A stretch of 64,000 nt of DNA from a virus (lineage: Duplodnaviria; Caudoviricetes): the IMG/VR virus record IMGVR_UViG_2840054979_000001, positions 1 through 64,000 of that record. One strand, written 5' to 3'. A model generated the notes under the pieces. The model searched no databases. It was not told the origin of the DNA and was given only the letters and a program-made list of their open reading frames with translations. Every line of letters starts with the position of its first letter. Position 1 is the stretch's first letter. Below are positions 18,722 through 27,715 of this stretch, piece by piece. A program made the translations under genes and the position numbers.

Positions 18722-19503
18722 CGCCGCTACTCCCGCTCGACGACTCGCCCGAAGAGCCGTTCACGATCGTCGTGCCGTCCAAGGGACGACCGAACAAGCT
18801 GCTCGTCAAGAAGATGCTGCCCGCCGGGTCGTTCAAGGTGCTCGTCGAACCGGGCGAGGCAGGCGCCTACCGGGAGGCGAACCCGGACTGCGAGATCGTC
18901 GAGCACCCGAAGGAGGCGTGGCCGTACTCCCGCAAGGTGCAGTGGGCGTATGAGACGTTCGGGTCGATCGTGTCGATCGACGACGACATGGAACGCTGCT
19001 GGCACTACGAGCACGGCCTGGGCGACCCCGAATGCACGCTGTCGAAGGAAGACACCGTCCGGTGGATCTCCCGAACGATGTGGGAGGCCCGCCAGGCCGG
19101 CGCGCACCTCGTCGGGTTCTTCGCCTCCGACATCCGCAACTATGACGCGCAGAACCCGTTCAAGCTGGTCGGCTGGATGCCCGCCTCCGCGATGGGGATC
19201 CTGTCGGGCTCGAAGCTGCACATGCATTCCGACATCGTCTGTTCGGCCGACTACTGGATTTGCCTGCTGAACATGTACGAGCACCGGTACATGTGGGTCG
19301 ACAACCGGATCGTCCCGGGCTTCGTCGAGGGCAAGACGTTCAAGACGGAGGGTGGCATTTCGTCGTCGCGGACGATCGAAGCGGAAAAGCATGATTTCGA
19401 ACTGCTGGAACGTTACTTCGGCAACGTCGTCCGCAAGAAGCAGGGGACGGTGCGGGCGAAGGTGAAGCACATCTGGCAGAAGCAGATCTATCCGCCGTTC
19501 TAG
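18709..19503 (+). CDS. GREB1/TAGT-like (TET-associated) GT-A glycosyltransferase
   Basis: IVVPSKGRP, IVSIDDD, ADYWICL, KTEGG.S..RT...E...L...F; GTG start after GAAGGAAGG (ORF track starts at 18670). Confidence 0.78.
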   Translation: MAVLTPLLPLDDSPEEPFTIVVPSKGRPNKLLVKKMLPAGSFKVLVEPGEAGAYREANPDCEIVEHPKEAWPYSRKVQWAYETFGSIVSIDDDMERCWHYEHGLGDPECTLSKEDTVRWISRTMWEARQAGAHLVGFFASDIRNYDAQNPFKLVGWMPASAMGILSGSKLHMHSDIVCSADYWICLLNMYEHRYMWVDNRIVPGFVEGKTFKTEGGISSSRTIEAEKHDFELLERYFGNVVRKKQGTVRAKVKHIWQKQIYPPF

Positions 19504-19548
19504 CCGGCTACTGTCGCACCGTCAGCTACACTTAAGGAGTAGGGACCA
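19504..19548 (+). promoter_or_regulatory. Promoter nearly identical to that of the 13307 ParB gene
   Basis: ACTGTCGC-N4-TCAGCTACACTTA-N3/4-GTAGGGACCA shared between 13237 and 19510. Confidence 0.6.
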
Positions 19549-19575
19549 ATCGCCTACGGGATAGAAAGGCTGACT

Positions 19576-20247
19576 GTGGGATTCAACTTCATGGGACAAA
19601 AGACGCTGCGGGGCTTCGCGCTCGGCGAAGTCGTGTCGGCGCTGCAGAAGGCGGTGAGACGTGGCGATGTAGCCCAGTCAGTGGCGTGGTGTGCCGAGCT
19701 CGACCAGTCCGGGTTCGGGAACTACGCGTGGAAGCGGCTGCTGATCATCATGTCCGAAGACATCGGCCCGGCGTGGCCCGAGGGACCGGCTGTCATCGCC
19801 GCGTTGCGGCGCAGCTGGGACGAGTACATTGAGGGCGCCAAGGGCCGCAAGGGCGGGTCGGAGCGGATCTTCATCACGCACGCCGCGATCCTGCTGGCGA
19901 GGGCGCCGAAGAGTCGGATCGTCGATGAAGCGATTTGGGCGACCTACGGGCGGCCCGAGCCGATGTTCGGGGAGATCCCCGACGAGGCGCTCGGCGTGTT
20001 CACGCAGCGCGGCCGGTCGATGGGTCGCAAGCTCGGCACCCCCGAAGGCGACCGGTTCTGGTACGACGTGGAATCGGTGCTCGTCAACGAGGTCGAGTTC
20101 GACAACCCGTTCCACGACCGGTATCTGATCGGCGAGCAGGCGGCATTCGACCAACAGGGCGCGTCATCGGGCGGCTCGAGGACCGAGGCCGCAGGCTCGG
20201 CGCGTGCGGCAGCGAAGAGTGACGACGCTCAGCTGTTCGACGCGTAG
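19576..20247 (+). CDS. Stand-alone MgsA/RarA C-terminal-like domain protein
   Basis: EVVSALQKAVRRGD...WKRLLIIMSEDIGPA...ILLARAPKSR...IPDEAL; no Walker A/B. Confidence 0.75.
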   Translation: MGFNFMGQKTLRGFALGEVVSALQKAVRRGDVAQSVAWCAELDQSGFGNYAWKRLLIIMSEDIGPAWPEGPAVIAALRRSWDEYIEGAKGRKGGSERIFITHAAILLARAPKSRIVDEAIWATYGRPEPMFGEIPDEALGVFTQRGRSMGRKLGTPEGDRFWYDVESVLVNEVEFDNPFHDRYLIGEQAAFDQQGASSGGSRTEAAGSARAAAKSDDAQLFDA

Positions 20248-21230
20248 GCGGCCGAGGTGGCGCCCGCGAGGATCCGTTGGATCTCGCGGGCGCGGCCGGC
20301 CTGCGACACCGCGGGCACGCGTACGTGGGTGATCGACGGGTTCGGGCCCGGCTCGGCGGTCTCGTTCGGGCCGACCAGGAGCTCGGAGAGACGCTCGCCG
20401 GGTCGTAGCCCGGTGATGGCGATGTCGATGCCGCCGCCGGCCTCGGCGATCAGCAGGGTGGCGACGTCGTGGATCTTGACGGGGTCGCCCATGTCGAGGA
20501 TGCAGGTGTCGCCAGAACGGCCGATGCCGCCCGCGGTGAGGACGAGAGCGACGGCCTCCGACAGCGTCATGAAGTAGCGGTCGACGTCGGGGTGGGTGAC
20601 GGTGACGGGGCCGCCGTGGGCGATCTGGCGGCGGAACACCTCGGTGATCGAGCCGCCCGAGCCGAGCACGTTGCCGAACCGCGTGGACAGCCAGCGGCCC
20701 TGCTGGCCGAGAGCGGCAGCTGCGACGATGCGTTCGGTGAGCCGCTTGGTGCGGCCCATGACGCCGATCGGGTCGGCGGCCTTGTCGGTCGAGATGTTGA
20801 CGAACGTGTCGACGCCGACGCGTCGGGAGGCTTCGACGACGTTGATCGTGCCGTGCACGTTCGTCTTGATCGCCTCGATCGGGTGCGCTTCTCCGAGCAC
20901 GACGTCTTTCATCGCGGCGGCGTGAAACACGACGTCGGGCCGGATCGCGGCGAACAGCTGGTCGAGACGGCCCGGGTCGCGGATGTCGGAGAGGACGAGT
21001 TCGGGGCGGACGAGGTTGCAGGCCGGGTCGAGCCGGTAGAGGGTGCGGCAGAGGTGCTCGTCGTCGCGGTCAAGCATGAACGGCAGCCGGCCGGTGCGTT
21101 CGGCGATCTGGACGCACAGTTCGCCGCCGATCGAGCCGCCGGCGCCGGTGACGAGGATGCGCTTTCCGTTGAGCCATCCGGTGTCGATCGGAGAGGCATC
21201 CCGGTGTCGTCCCAACTCGTCGCAACGCAT
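20229..21230 (-). CDS. NDP-sugar 4,6-dehydratase (CapD/PglF-like, Polysacc_synt_2)
   Basis: ILVTGAGGSIGGEL, VFHAAAMK, NISTDKAADP..VMG.TK, RFGNVLGS.GS, GLRPGE.L.E. Confidence 0.95.
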   Translation of the reverse strand: MRCDELGRHRDASPIDTGWLNGKRILVTGAGGSIGGELCVQIAERTGRLPFMLDRDDEHLCRTLYRLDPACNLVRPELVLSDIRDPGRLDQLFAAIRPDVVFHAAAMKDVVLGEAHPIEAIKTNVHGTINVVEASRRVGVDTFVNISTDKAADPIGVMGRTKRLTERIVAAAALGQQGRWLSTRFGNVLGSGGSITEVFRRQIAHGGPVTVTHPDVDRYFMTLSEAVALVLTAGGIGRSGDTCILDMGDPVKIHDVATLLIAEAGGGIDIAITGLRPGERLSELLVGPNETAEPGPNPSITHVRVPAVSQAGRAREIQRILAGATSAAYASNS

Positions 21231-21233
21231 GAC

Positions 21234-21245
21234 GCATCATGATAC
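21234..21245. promoter_or_regulatory. Operator, GCATCATGATGC family (GCATCATGATAC), between divergent genes
   Basis: Overlaps the minus-strand -10 TATCAT of the dehydratase gene; upstream of plus-strand -10 TATGCT (21258) of the PIG-L-WbqC-terS-terL operon. Confidence 0.65.
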
Positions 21246-21269
21246 TTGTTGCACATCTATGCTGGGGGT

Positions 21270-21920
21270 GTGGAACTCCCCGACCGGATCCTGGTAGTCG
21301 CGCCACACGCCGACGATGAAGTGATCGGCTGCGGCGGTCTGCTGCACCGGGCGGCCCGCGACGGCGCTGAGACGACCGTGGTCGTGGTCGCCACCGACGA
21401 CGAGGAACGCACCGTCGAGCTCAAAGAGGCCTGTCGGGTGCTTGGCGTCGCCAACGTCGAGGTGCTGTTCGGCCCGATGCCGTTCATCGACGACCTCGAC
21501 GACAGCCGCATCGTCTCCGCGATCGACGACGCGCTCGCCCGCCACGCTCCACGGCTGGTGCTCGTCCCGTCGCAGGCCGGCTACCACCAAGAGCACCGAC
21601 GGGTCGCCGGTCTCGCCGTCTCAGCGACCCGGCCGGGCGGCGGCCGCACGTTTGGCCACGCGCCGCAGTCGGTCTGGTACTACGAGGCGCCCGCCGACGT
21701 GTCGTCGCCGACCGGAGCCTGGTCGCCGACCTTGTACGTCACGCTCGACGACGTTGATGTCGCCGCGAAGTGCGACGCGATGCTCGCCCACGCCTCCCAG
21801 GTGCGGCCGTACCCGTCGGAACGGTCCACGGAGGCGCTCCGGTCGCTGGCCGTGCTGCGTGGCTGCCAAGTCGGCGCCGCCTTCGCCGAGGCGTACGCCC
21901 CGCGGCGCCAGGTGTTCTGA
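21270..21920 (+). CDS. PIG-L/LmbE-family deacetylase
   Basis: VVAPHADDEVIGCGG, R..E...A, HQEH, HASQ, AEAY. Confidence 0.93.
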   Translation: MELPDRILVVAPHADDEVIGCGGLLHRAARDGAETTVVVVATDDEERTVELKEACRVLGVANVEVLFGPMPFIDDLDDSRIVSAIDDALARHAPRLVLVPSQAGYHQEHRRVAGLAVSATRPGGGRTFGHAPQSVWYYEAPADVSSPTGAWSPTLYVTLDDVDVAAKCDAMLAHASQVRPYPSERSTEALRSLAVLRGCQVGAAFAEAYAPRRQVF

Positions 21921-22597
21921 TGCGCCTCGCAGCTCACCAGCCGCTGTTCTGGCCGCCGATGTACCTGATGCAGCGGTGGCTGCACGTCGACACGCTGGTG
22001 TGGCTCGGCTCGGTGCAATTCACCCGCAAGTCCCGCGACGAGCACGGCCGCAACCGGCCGACCGGCCAGAACCGCATCGTGCTCGGCGACGCAGCCGGCA
22101 ACGACGTCGACGTGACCGTCCCGGTCGGGGCGTCACGCCAGCCGATCGACGACACGCCGCTCGGCGACTGGGCCGACTCGTTCATCTCGACGGTTTGCCA
22201 CCTGTATCCCGAGACGCCCGAACGCGACGTCGTCTGCCATGCGGCCGCCGAGCTCGAAGGCGAACCGCTCGGCAGCGTGAACCGGGCGACATGGTCGCTG
22301 ACGATCGGCCTGCTCGACGTCAAGGCGCCTCACGTCGTCGACGACACCAGCCTGCCGCCGGTCGACGACCGGGTCGACCGGCTCGTCACGTACTGCCGTC
22401 AGCTGGGCGCGACCACCTATGTCGCAGGCAAGCCCGCCATCAACGCCTATCTGGACGCCAACGCGTTCGCCGCTGCCGGCGTCACTCTCACCCCCCAGGA
22501 TTGGACGCCTCCGCACGGCGTTCAGGCGGGCCGGTCAGTGCTCGACTCGATCCTGCGCCGCGGCGTCGACCGCACACGGAAGGCGTTGGGATGGTGA
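21920..22597 (+). CDS. WbqC-like protein
   Basis: AAHQPLFWP, VQF, QNRI, TVPV, RLVTYC..LGATTYV.G....YLD, SVLD. Confidence 0.85.
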   Translation: MRLAAHQPLFWPPMYLMQRWLHVDTLVWLGSVQFTRKSRDEHGRNRPTGQNRIVLGDAAGNDVDVTVPVGASRQPIDDTPLGDWADSFISTVCHLYPETPERDVVCHAAAELEGEPLGSVNRATWSLTIGLLDVKAPHVVDDTSLPPVDDRVDRLVTYCRQLGATTYVAGKPAINAYLDANAFAAAGVTLTPQDWTPPHGVQAGRSVLDSILRRGVDRTRKALGW

Positions 22598-23301
22598 CCA
22601 CCAAACGGCTCCGTCGCAAGTCGCCCGTCGTCGCCAACCCGGCACCCGTCGGCACCCGGGTCGTCACCACGCCGCAGGGCAAGCGCGGCCGCCCGGCGCT
22701 GATCCTCGAAGGCTGGAACGAATCGAGCGGCGGCTGGTCGGAAGGGTCGCCGGCGCACCGGGTGATCACCGCAGTGCGCACCGGCGCGTTCTTGAACGCG
22801 GCGGCCGAGTACGCCCGCCTGAACAAGTCGACAGTGACGAACTGGCTGGCACGAGGCCGCGAGCACCGCCCCGACGTCGACTACGACCGCACCGACATCG
22901 ACGTCGAGCACCGGCCGTACGTCGACTTCCTCGAAGCGGTCCGCAACGCCGATGGCAGCTACGAGGTCGAACTCACCGGCCTCACGTTGAAGGCCGCGCG
23001 CGAGGACCCGAAGTTCGCGTTGCAGGTGCTGTCGCGTCGCTACCCGCACTGGCGCGAGTCGTCCAAGCTTGAGCTCGCCTCCGGGCCCGCCGAGGAAGAG
23101 ACCGCCGATCCGCTCGAGCAGATGGCCGAGCACCCGGCGATGATCGCCCAGCTGGCCAAGCTGTCCCACGACCTCGAAGACCTGAGCGTCGACCCCGAGC
23201 TCGTCGCCGGCAGCGACGAGACCCGCCGCCCCTCGGTGGGCGGTCCGACCGGTGACGTCCCCGACAGCTACGCCGACACCGTCGGCGGTGGTGATGAGTG
23301 A
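22591..23301 (+). CDS. terS: Terminase small subunit (putative)
   Basis: GRP...ITAVRTGAFLNAAAEYARLNKSTVTNWL.RG HTH, F.EAV..A, LSRRYP.W; immediately upstream of terL. Confidence 0.75.
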   Translation: MVTTKRLRRKSPVVANPAPVGTRVVTTPQGKRGRPALILEGWNESSGGWSEGSPAHRVITAVRTGAFLNAAAEYARLNKSTVTNWLARGREHRPDVDYDRTDIDVEHRPYVDFLEAVRNADGSYEVELTGLTLKAAREDPKFALQVLSRRYPHWRESSKLELASGPAEEETADPLEQMAEHPAMIAQLAKLSHDLEDLSVDPELVAGSDETRRPSVGGPTGDVPDSYADTVGGGDE

Positions 23302-24863
23302 CCGCCGCCGTCCTCGACCGAACTAGCCAGCGGATCGCCAAGCGGGCCTGGCTCGCCACGCCAGACACGTTCGGCCGGCGGCTGTCGCACGGCACGCTCG
23401 TCGCGCCGTCGCATCTGCGGCTGCTGTCGTGGCTGCTGTACCTGTCGTCGATCGGCTACGTCAGGCGGCTGACCATCGCGATGCCGCCCGGCCACGCCAA
23501 GTCGACGGCGACGTCGCGTTGGTTTCCGGGCTGGGACCTCGAACTGCGGCCCAAGCACAAGATCATCCTGGCGTCGTACGAATCGACGCTCGCGGTCGAG
23601 CACGGCAAGGCCGTCCGCGAGATGCTGATGGAGAACGCCGACAAGCTGCACGTCCGGTTGAAGGCCGACTCCCAGGCCGCCGACCGGTGGGTGACGATGG
23701 CCGGCGGCGGTCTGCGCACCGCCGGCGCCGGCGGTTCGATCACCGGCCGCCGCGCCGACATCTTCATCGTCGACGACCCGTTCAAGGGGTTCGACGACTC
23801 GCATTCGCCGACGCAGCGCGGCGCGGTGTGGAACTGGTATCGGTCCGTCGCCCGCACCCGTCTGCTGCCGGGCGGCTCGATCATCATCGTGCAGACCCGC
23901 TGGCATCCCGAAGACCTGATCGGCATGGTGTCCGAACAGCCGAACTGGGTGCATCTGCGGCTGCCGGCGATCGCCGAAGAGGACGAGTCGATCGAGACGG
24001 TGGTCGGCGCCGAGTTCGTCGCCAAGTGCGCCCGCGACGGCGTCCCGCTGCCCGCCTGGCATCGGGCAGAAGGCGAACCGTTGTGGCCGTGGCTGATCGA
24101 ACCGTCCGACGTCCTGGCCGGCGTCCCGTGGTATTCGGCCGACGAGATGGCCGAGATCCGCGACGAGGTCGGCGAGTACGTCTGGCAGACCCTGTACCAG
24201 CAGAACCCGACCGTCATCGACGGCGACATGTTCAAGCGCGACAACTGGGTGCGTGTCGACGCCGCGCCGGCTGGCTTGCAGGTCGTGCGCCGCTGGGACA
24301 TGGCCGCCACCGAAGGCGGCGGCGACGCGACTGCCGGCGTGTTGATGGGCCGCGCGAAGAACGGCCGCGTGTACATCTTGGACGTCAAGCACGAGCGCTA
24401 CGGGCCGTCGGGCGTGGAGCGGCTGATCGCCAACACCGCCGAAGAGGACGCCGAGAAGTACGGCCGCAAGATGCCGATCCTGATCGAGCAGGAAGGCGGC
24501 TCGGCCGGCAAGAACGTCGCCGAGCACTACGCCGCGACGGTGCTGCCCGGGTTCAACGTCCGCTTCGAAGGGTCGACCGGCGACAAGACGGTCCGCGCGT
24601 TGCCGTTGGCCGCCCAGGTCGAATCCGGCAACGTGTATCTGGTGCGCCGCGAGGGAGACCGCGGCCCGGAAACACCGGGCTGGTGGTCGAAGCTGATCGA
24701 CGAGGCCGCCGCGTTCCCGAACGGCGCACACGACGACATCGTCGACGCGGCGTCGCTCGCCTACATGGATCTGCTCCGCCTCGCCAAGACCCGCAAGAAG
24801 GCGTCGACCGCTCGGGCGACCGGGTCGATCACAGCGCAGCCGATGCGCGCCGGCATCCGATAA
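23298..24863 (+). CDS. terL: Terminase large subunit
   Basis: MPPGHAKST (Walker A), ITGRRADIFIVDDP (Walker B), QTRWHPEDL, YQQNP, RRWDMA, FPNGAHDDIVDA nuclease motif. Confidence 0.96.
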   Translation: MTAAVLDRTSQRIAKRAWLATPDTFGRRLSHGTLVAPSHLRLLSWLLYLSSIGYVRRLTIAMPPGHAKSTATSRWFPGWDLELRPKHKIILASYESTLAVEHGKAVREMLMENADKLHVRLKADSQAADRWVTMAGGGLRTAGAGGSITGRRADIFIVDDPFKGFDDSHSPTQRGAVWNWYRSVARTRLLPGGSIIIVQTRWHPEDLIGMVSEQPNWVHLRLPAIAEEDESIETVVGAEFVAKCARDGVPLPAWHRAEGEPLWPWLIEPSDVLAGVPWYSADEMAEIRDEVGEYVWQTLYQQNPTVIDGDMFKRDNWVRVDAAPAGLQVVRRWDMAATEGGGDATAGVLMGRAKNGRVYILDVKHERYGPSGVERLIANTAEEDAEKYGRKMPILIEQEGGSAGKNVAEHYAATVLPGFNVRFEGSTGDKTVRALPLAAQVESGNVYLVRREGDRGPETPGWWSKLIDEAAAFPNGAHDDIVDAASLAYMDLLRLAKTRKKASTARATGSITAQPMRAGIR

Positions 24864-24879
24864 TTCTTCGCCGCCCCTC

Positions 24880-24908
24880 TTGCCTTCTGTAGCCGCTTCG
24901 ACTACAGT
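24880..24908 (+). promoter_or_regulatory. SigA-type promoter with overlapping inverted repeat (P1)
   Basis: TTGCCT-17-TACAGT; CTGTAG...CTACAG. Confidence 0.75.
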
Positions 24909-24929
24909 AGAGGGAGTCAACAAAAACAC

Positions 24930-24969
24930 CCCGTCGGGAAGGGAAGCCCGACGGGACCGAAAGGAACCC
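24930..24969 (+). repeat. AAGGGAAG-loop hairpin plus SD element
   Basis: CCCGTCGGG-AAGGGAAG-CCCGACGGG followed by GAAAGGAACCC. Confidence 0.85.
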
Positions 24970-24970
24970 C

Positions 24971-26161
24971 ATGACAGCCACCGATACCACTGCCGTCGTC
25001 GACGCGCCCGCCGAGACCGGCGAGGTCGCCGACACCAAGCCGAAGCGCAAGGGACGCGCTGCCGCCCGCAAGCGGCTCGCGTTCACCGCCGACCGTGAGC
25101 CGCTGCACAAGGCGCTCGCGGGCGCCGTGCTCGCCATCCTGCCCGGCGGCCTCCCCGTCCTCGCCGACGTCAAGCTGACCGTCGCCCGCAACCGCCTGAC
25201 GATCACCGCCACCGACCTCGCGTTGTCGATCGAGACCACAATCCCGGTGAAGGCCGCCAAGGCCGGCACCGTGCTCGTGCCCGGTCGGCTCCTGTTCGAG
25301 CTCGTGCGCTCGGCCGGTGACGAGATCCGCATCGCCGAAGGCGACGGCGAGTGCGACTTCACGTCGGGCGACTTCCAGGCCACGTTGAACACGCACGACG
25401 CCGCCGACTTCCCGGTGCCGCCCCCGGTCGACGGCGACCCGCTCGAGGTCGACTCCCTGCTGCTGTTCGCCGCCGTCGCCCGCACCGTCAAGGCCGCATC
25501 GAACGACCCGGTCCGCCCGATGCTCAACACGCTGTTCATCCACAACGTCGACGGCCAGTCCCGCCTCGTCGCCACCGACTCGTACCGGCTGCACGTCACC
25601 GACCTCGGCGAGAAGATGACCGCCGGGGACGTCGTCATCCCGGCCCGCTTCGCCACCGTGGCGTCGAGGGTGCTGGCCGGCGAGTCCGACAACGTCGCCG
25701 TCACGGTCACCGCATCGCACATCGCCATGTCGACGCCGTCGACGACGGTGATCGCCCGGATCGTCGAGGGCGACTACCCGAACTACGCCGGCCTGTTCCC
25801 GGCAACCTCGGACCTGCACGTCACCGTTGATCGTCGACCGCTCGCCGCCGCCATCACCCGCATGAGGGCGCTGATCGACGCCGACACCACCGTTGTGCTG
25901 ACGTTCGAGGCCGAGCAGGTGACCGTGTCGGCGTACGGCGTCGACGTCGGCAACGCTGCCGAGACGATCCGCTGTCAGAACGGACCCGACGAGGCGATGC
26001 GGATCGGGTTCAAGCCCGAGTACCTCCGAGATGCGCTGGCCGTCCAGGTCGCCGACTCGGTGACGTTCGCGATGCGCGATGCCATCAAGGCCGTCGTCAT
26101 CGAGGTCGCCGGCAACACGGCGGTCCGCCACCTGCTGATGCCGGTGCGAGTCCCGGGATGA
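24971..26161 (+). CDS. dnaN: DNA polymerase III beta sliding clamp
   Basis: LPVLADV, ATDL, DFP, RPMLNT, VATDSYRL, VIP, GDYPNY, IGFKPEYL, LLMPVR. Confidence 0.93.
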   Translation: MTATDTTAVVDAPAETGEVADTKPKRKGRAAARKRLAFTADREPLHKALAGAVLAILPGGLPVLADVKLTVARNRLTITATDLALSIETTIPVKAAKAGTVLVPGRLLFELVRSAGDEIRIAEGDGECDFTSGDFQATLNTHDAADFPVPPPVDGDPLEVDSLLLFAAVARTVKAASNDPVRPMLNTLFIHNVDGQSRLVATDSYRLHVTDLGEKMTAGDVVIPARFATVASRVLAGESDNVAVTVTASHIAMSTPSTTVIARIVEGDYPNYAGLFPATSDLHVTVDRRPLAAAITRMRALIDADTTVVLTFEAEQVTVSAYGVDVGNAAETIRCQNGPDEAMRIGFKPEYLRDALAVQVADSVTFAMRDAIKAVVIEVAGNTAVRHLLMPVRVPG

Positions 26162-26478
26162 GTGAGGCCGCCTTCGGGGCGGCCACGGCGCCGCAGCTGT
26201 TCGACGTCACCGTGTACGTCGAACAGCTGCCGGACCGGCTGCTGCCGTTCGATCCGCTGCTCGAGGCGTGGGGCGCGCACATGGGTGCGATCGCCGACGC
26301 GATGCACGTCGACGTCCGCACGGTGCAACGCTGGCGGGCCACGGGCCTGTCCTACGACCTGGCCGACGAGCTCGCCGTCCGTGCCGGGTTGCACGCCTTC
26401 GACGTGTGGGGCGACCTGTGGTTCGTCGGCACCGACCTCGAGACCGAGGCGGGCGACGACGCGGCTCTCGCCGCATAA
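26158..26478 (+). CDS. HTH DNA-binding protein (paralog of 38419)
   Basis: LPFDPL...ADAMHVDVRTVQRWRATGL..DLADELAVRAGLH...VWG..W. Confidence 0.7.
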   Translation: MSEAAFGAATAPQLFDVTVYVEQLPDRLLPFDPLLEAWGAHMGAIADAMHVDVRTVQRWRATGLSYDLADELAVRAGLHAFDVWGDLWFVGTDLETEAGDDAALAA

Positions 26479-26482
26479 TCTC

Positions 26483-26511
26483 TTGCTTACTGTAGCCGTA
26501 TGGACTACAGT
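26483..26511 (+). promoter_or_regulatory. SigA-type promoter with inverted repeat (P2), leaderless gene
   Basis: TTGCTT-ACTGTAGCCGTATGGAC-TACAGT; GTG start 7 nt downstream. Confidence 0.75.
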
Positions 26512-26518
26512 AGATGTT

Positions 26519-26722
26519 GTGACCACATTCCACGAATCCACCGTCGCCAACGTCAACGAAGGGGACGTCATCAGGCTCCACTGGGGCAAGCCTTTCCGGG
26601 TCAAGGCCATCCGACCCAACGATCTGCGACTCCAAGCCGTCGTCATCGACAGCCTGGACGGAGACCACTGGCCGGTCAAGACGACCGACACGGTCACCAT
26701 CGTCCGCCGCTCCTGGGACTGA
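26519..26722 (+). CDS. Small SH3/KOW-like hypothetical protein
   Basis: VANVNEGDVI...FRVKAI; leaderless. Confidence 0.6.
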   Translation: MTTFHESTVANVNEGDVIRLHWGKPFRVKAIRPNDLRLQAVVIDSLDGDHWPVKTTDTVTIVRRSWD

Positions 26723-26740
26723 CCTCCCGACAACCCACTC

Positions 26741-26781
26741 GCTGCCGGAAGGGAAGCCGGCAGCCAACCCGAAAGGAACCC
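26741..26781 (+). repeat. AAGGGAAG-loop hairpin plus SD element
   Basis: GCTGCCGG-AAGGGAAG-CCGGCAGC, then GAAAGGAACCC. Confidence 0.85.
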
Positions 26782-26786
26782 ACCCG

Positions 26787-27080
26787 ATGACACTCATCGA
26801 CTCCGGCTACGACCGCTGGCTCACCCACCCGATCGACGTCGCCTACGGCAGCAGCGACCGCATCACCGTCCTCGCCGAACACGTCGACGTCACCGACGCC
26901 GACTACATCGACTGGCGAGACGAATGGGCGGCCGACAACCCGCCGGCCGACGGTGACACCGCCGACGTCGATCAGCGCTGGCAGGACTCGCCCGACTTCG
27001 AGCGCTACCTCGAGTGGGCGGAAGAGCAGCAGCGTGACGCCGACCTCGACTACTGGGCGGAAGCGAGGTCGGGCCTGTGA
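26787..27080 (+). CDS. Acidic hypothetical protein
   Basis: Strong SD; D/E/W-rich. Confidence 0.7.
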   Translation: MTLIDSGYDRWLTHPIDVAYGSSDRITVLAEHVDVTDADYIDWRDEWAADNPPADGDTADVDQRWQDSPDFERYLEWAEEQQRDADLDYWAEARSGL

Positions 27081-27364
27081 GCGCCGCATCCGACTACGGC
27101 GTGGCGATCGTTGATCGCCTGATCCGGCCGCCGCTCGACGCTGGCGATCGCAACGTGTTCGCCGAGGGCGACCCAGCCACCGCCGTCGGCGACGTCATCG
27201 CCTACCTACTGCACTGGGCCGAAGCCAACGGCGTCAACGAGTCGTCGATCGGCGACGTCCTGGAGCTCGGCCGCAGTCACTGGGAAGCCGAACGTGGCGC
27301 CGGCGACGACCTCGCCCAAGGCTACGAGGACCGCTACCACGAACTGATCAGCCTGTTGACATGA
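27077..27364 (+). CDS. Hypothetical protein
   Basis: GDVIAYLLHWA pattern; coupled ORF. Confidence 0.65.
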   Translation: MSAASDYGVAIVDRLIRPPLDAGDRNVFAEGDPATAVGDVIAYLLHWAEANGVNESSIGDVLELGRSHWEAERGAGDDLAQGYEDRYHELISLLT

Positions 27365-27682
27365 GCGCACCAAGCGATCGGTTGCAAACGCCGGCGTCGA
27401 TCGAGCTCGTGCTGCCGCCCGCCGAGGTCGTGAAGGTCGAAACCTACTGATGCTCGGCCGACGCTCGTACCCGTGCGGCTGCCCGACATCGACCCGGATC
27501 GTGAACCAGACGCCGGGCCGGTACCGGCGCGACTGCCCGGTCTGCAGCGCGAGGTGGGTGCTCGTCCTGTCGGTCGCCCGCCACGCCAGCCAGATCGTGG
27601 GCCGAGAAGTGCTCCGCATTGATTGGGAGCCGGCCGGCCCACCGCAACTATCGATCTCTCCCGCACCCGCGGGGGCGAAACA

Positions 27683-27713
27683 GCCCGGAGGGAAGCCGGG
27701 CAAGAAAGGAACC
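27683..27713 (+). repeat. AGGGAAG-loop hairpin plus SD element
   Basis: GCCCGG-AGGGAAG-CCGGGC, then GAAAGGAACC; ATG at 27716. Confidence 0.8.
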
Positions 27714-27715
27714 AC

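Noticed and set aside
14529-22597. Host O-antigen/capsule locus captured intact
   Set aside because: No wzx/wzy/wzz/ABC exporter or priming glycosyltransferase; genes are interleaved with ParB genes and overlap terS; they share a phage operator with the portal.
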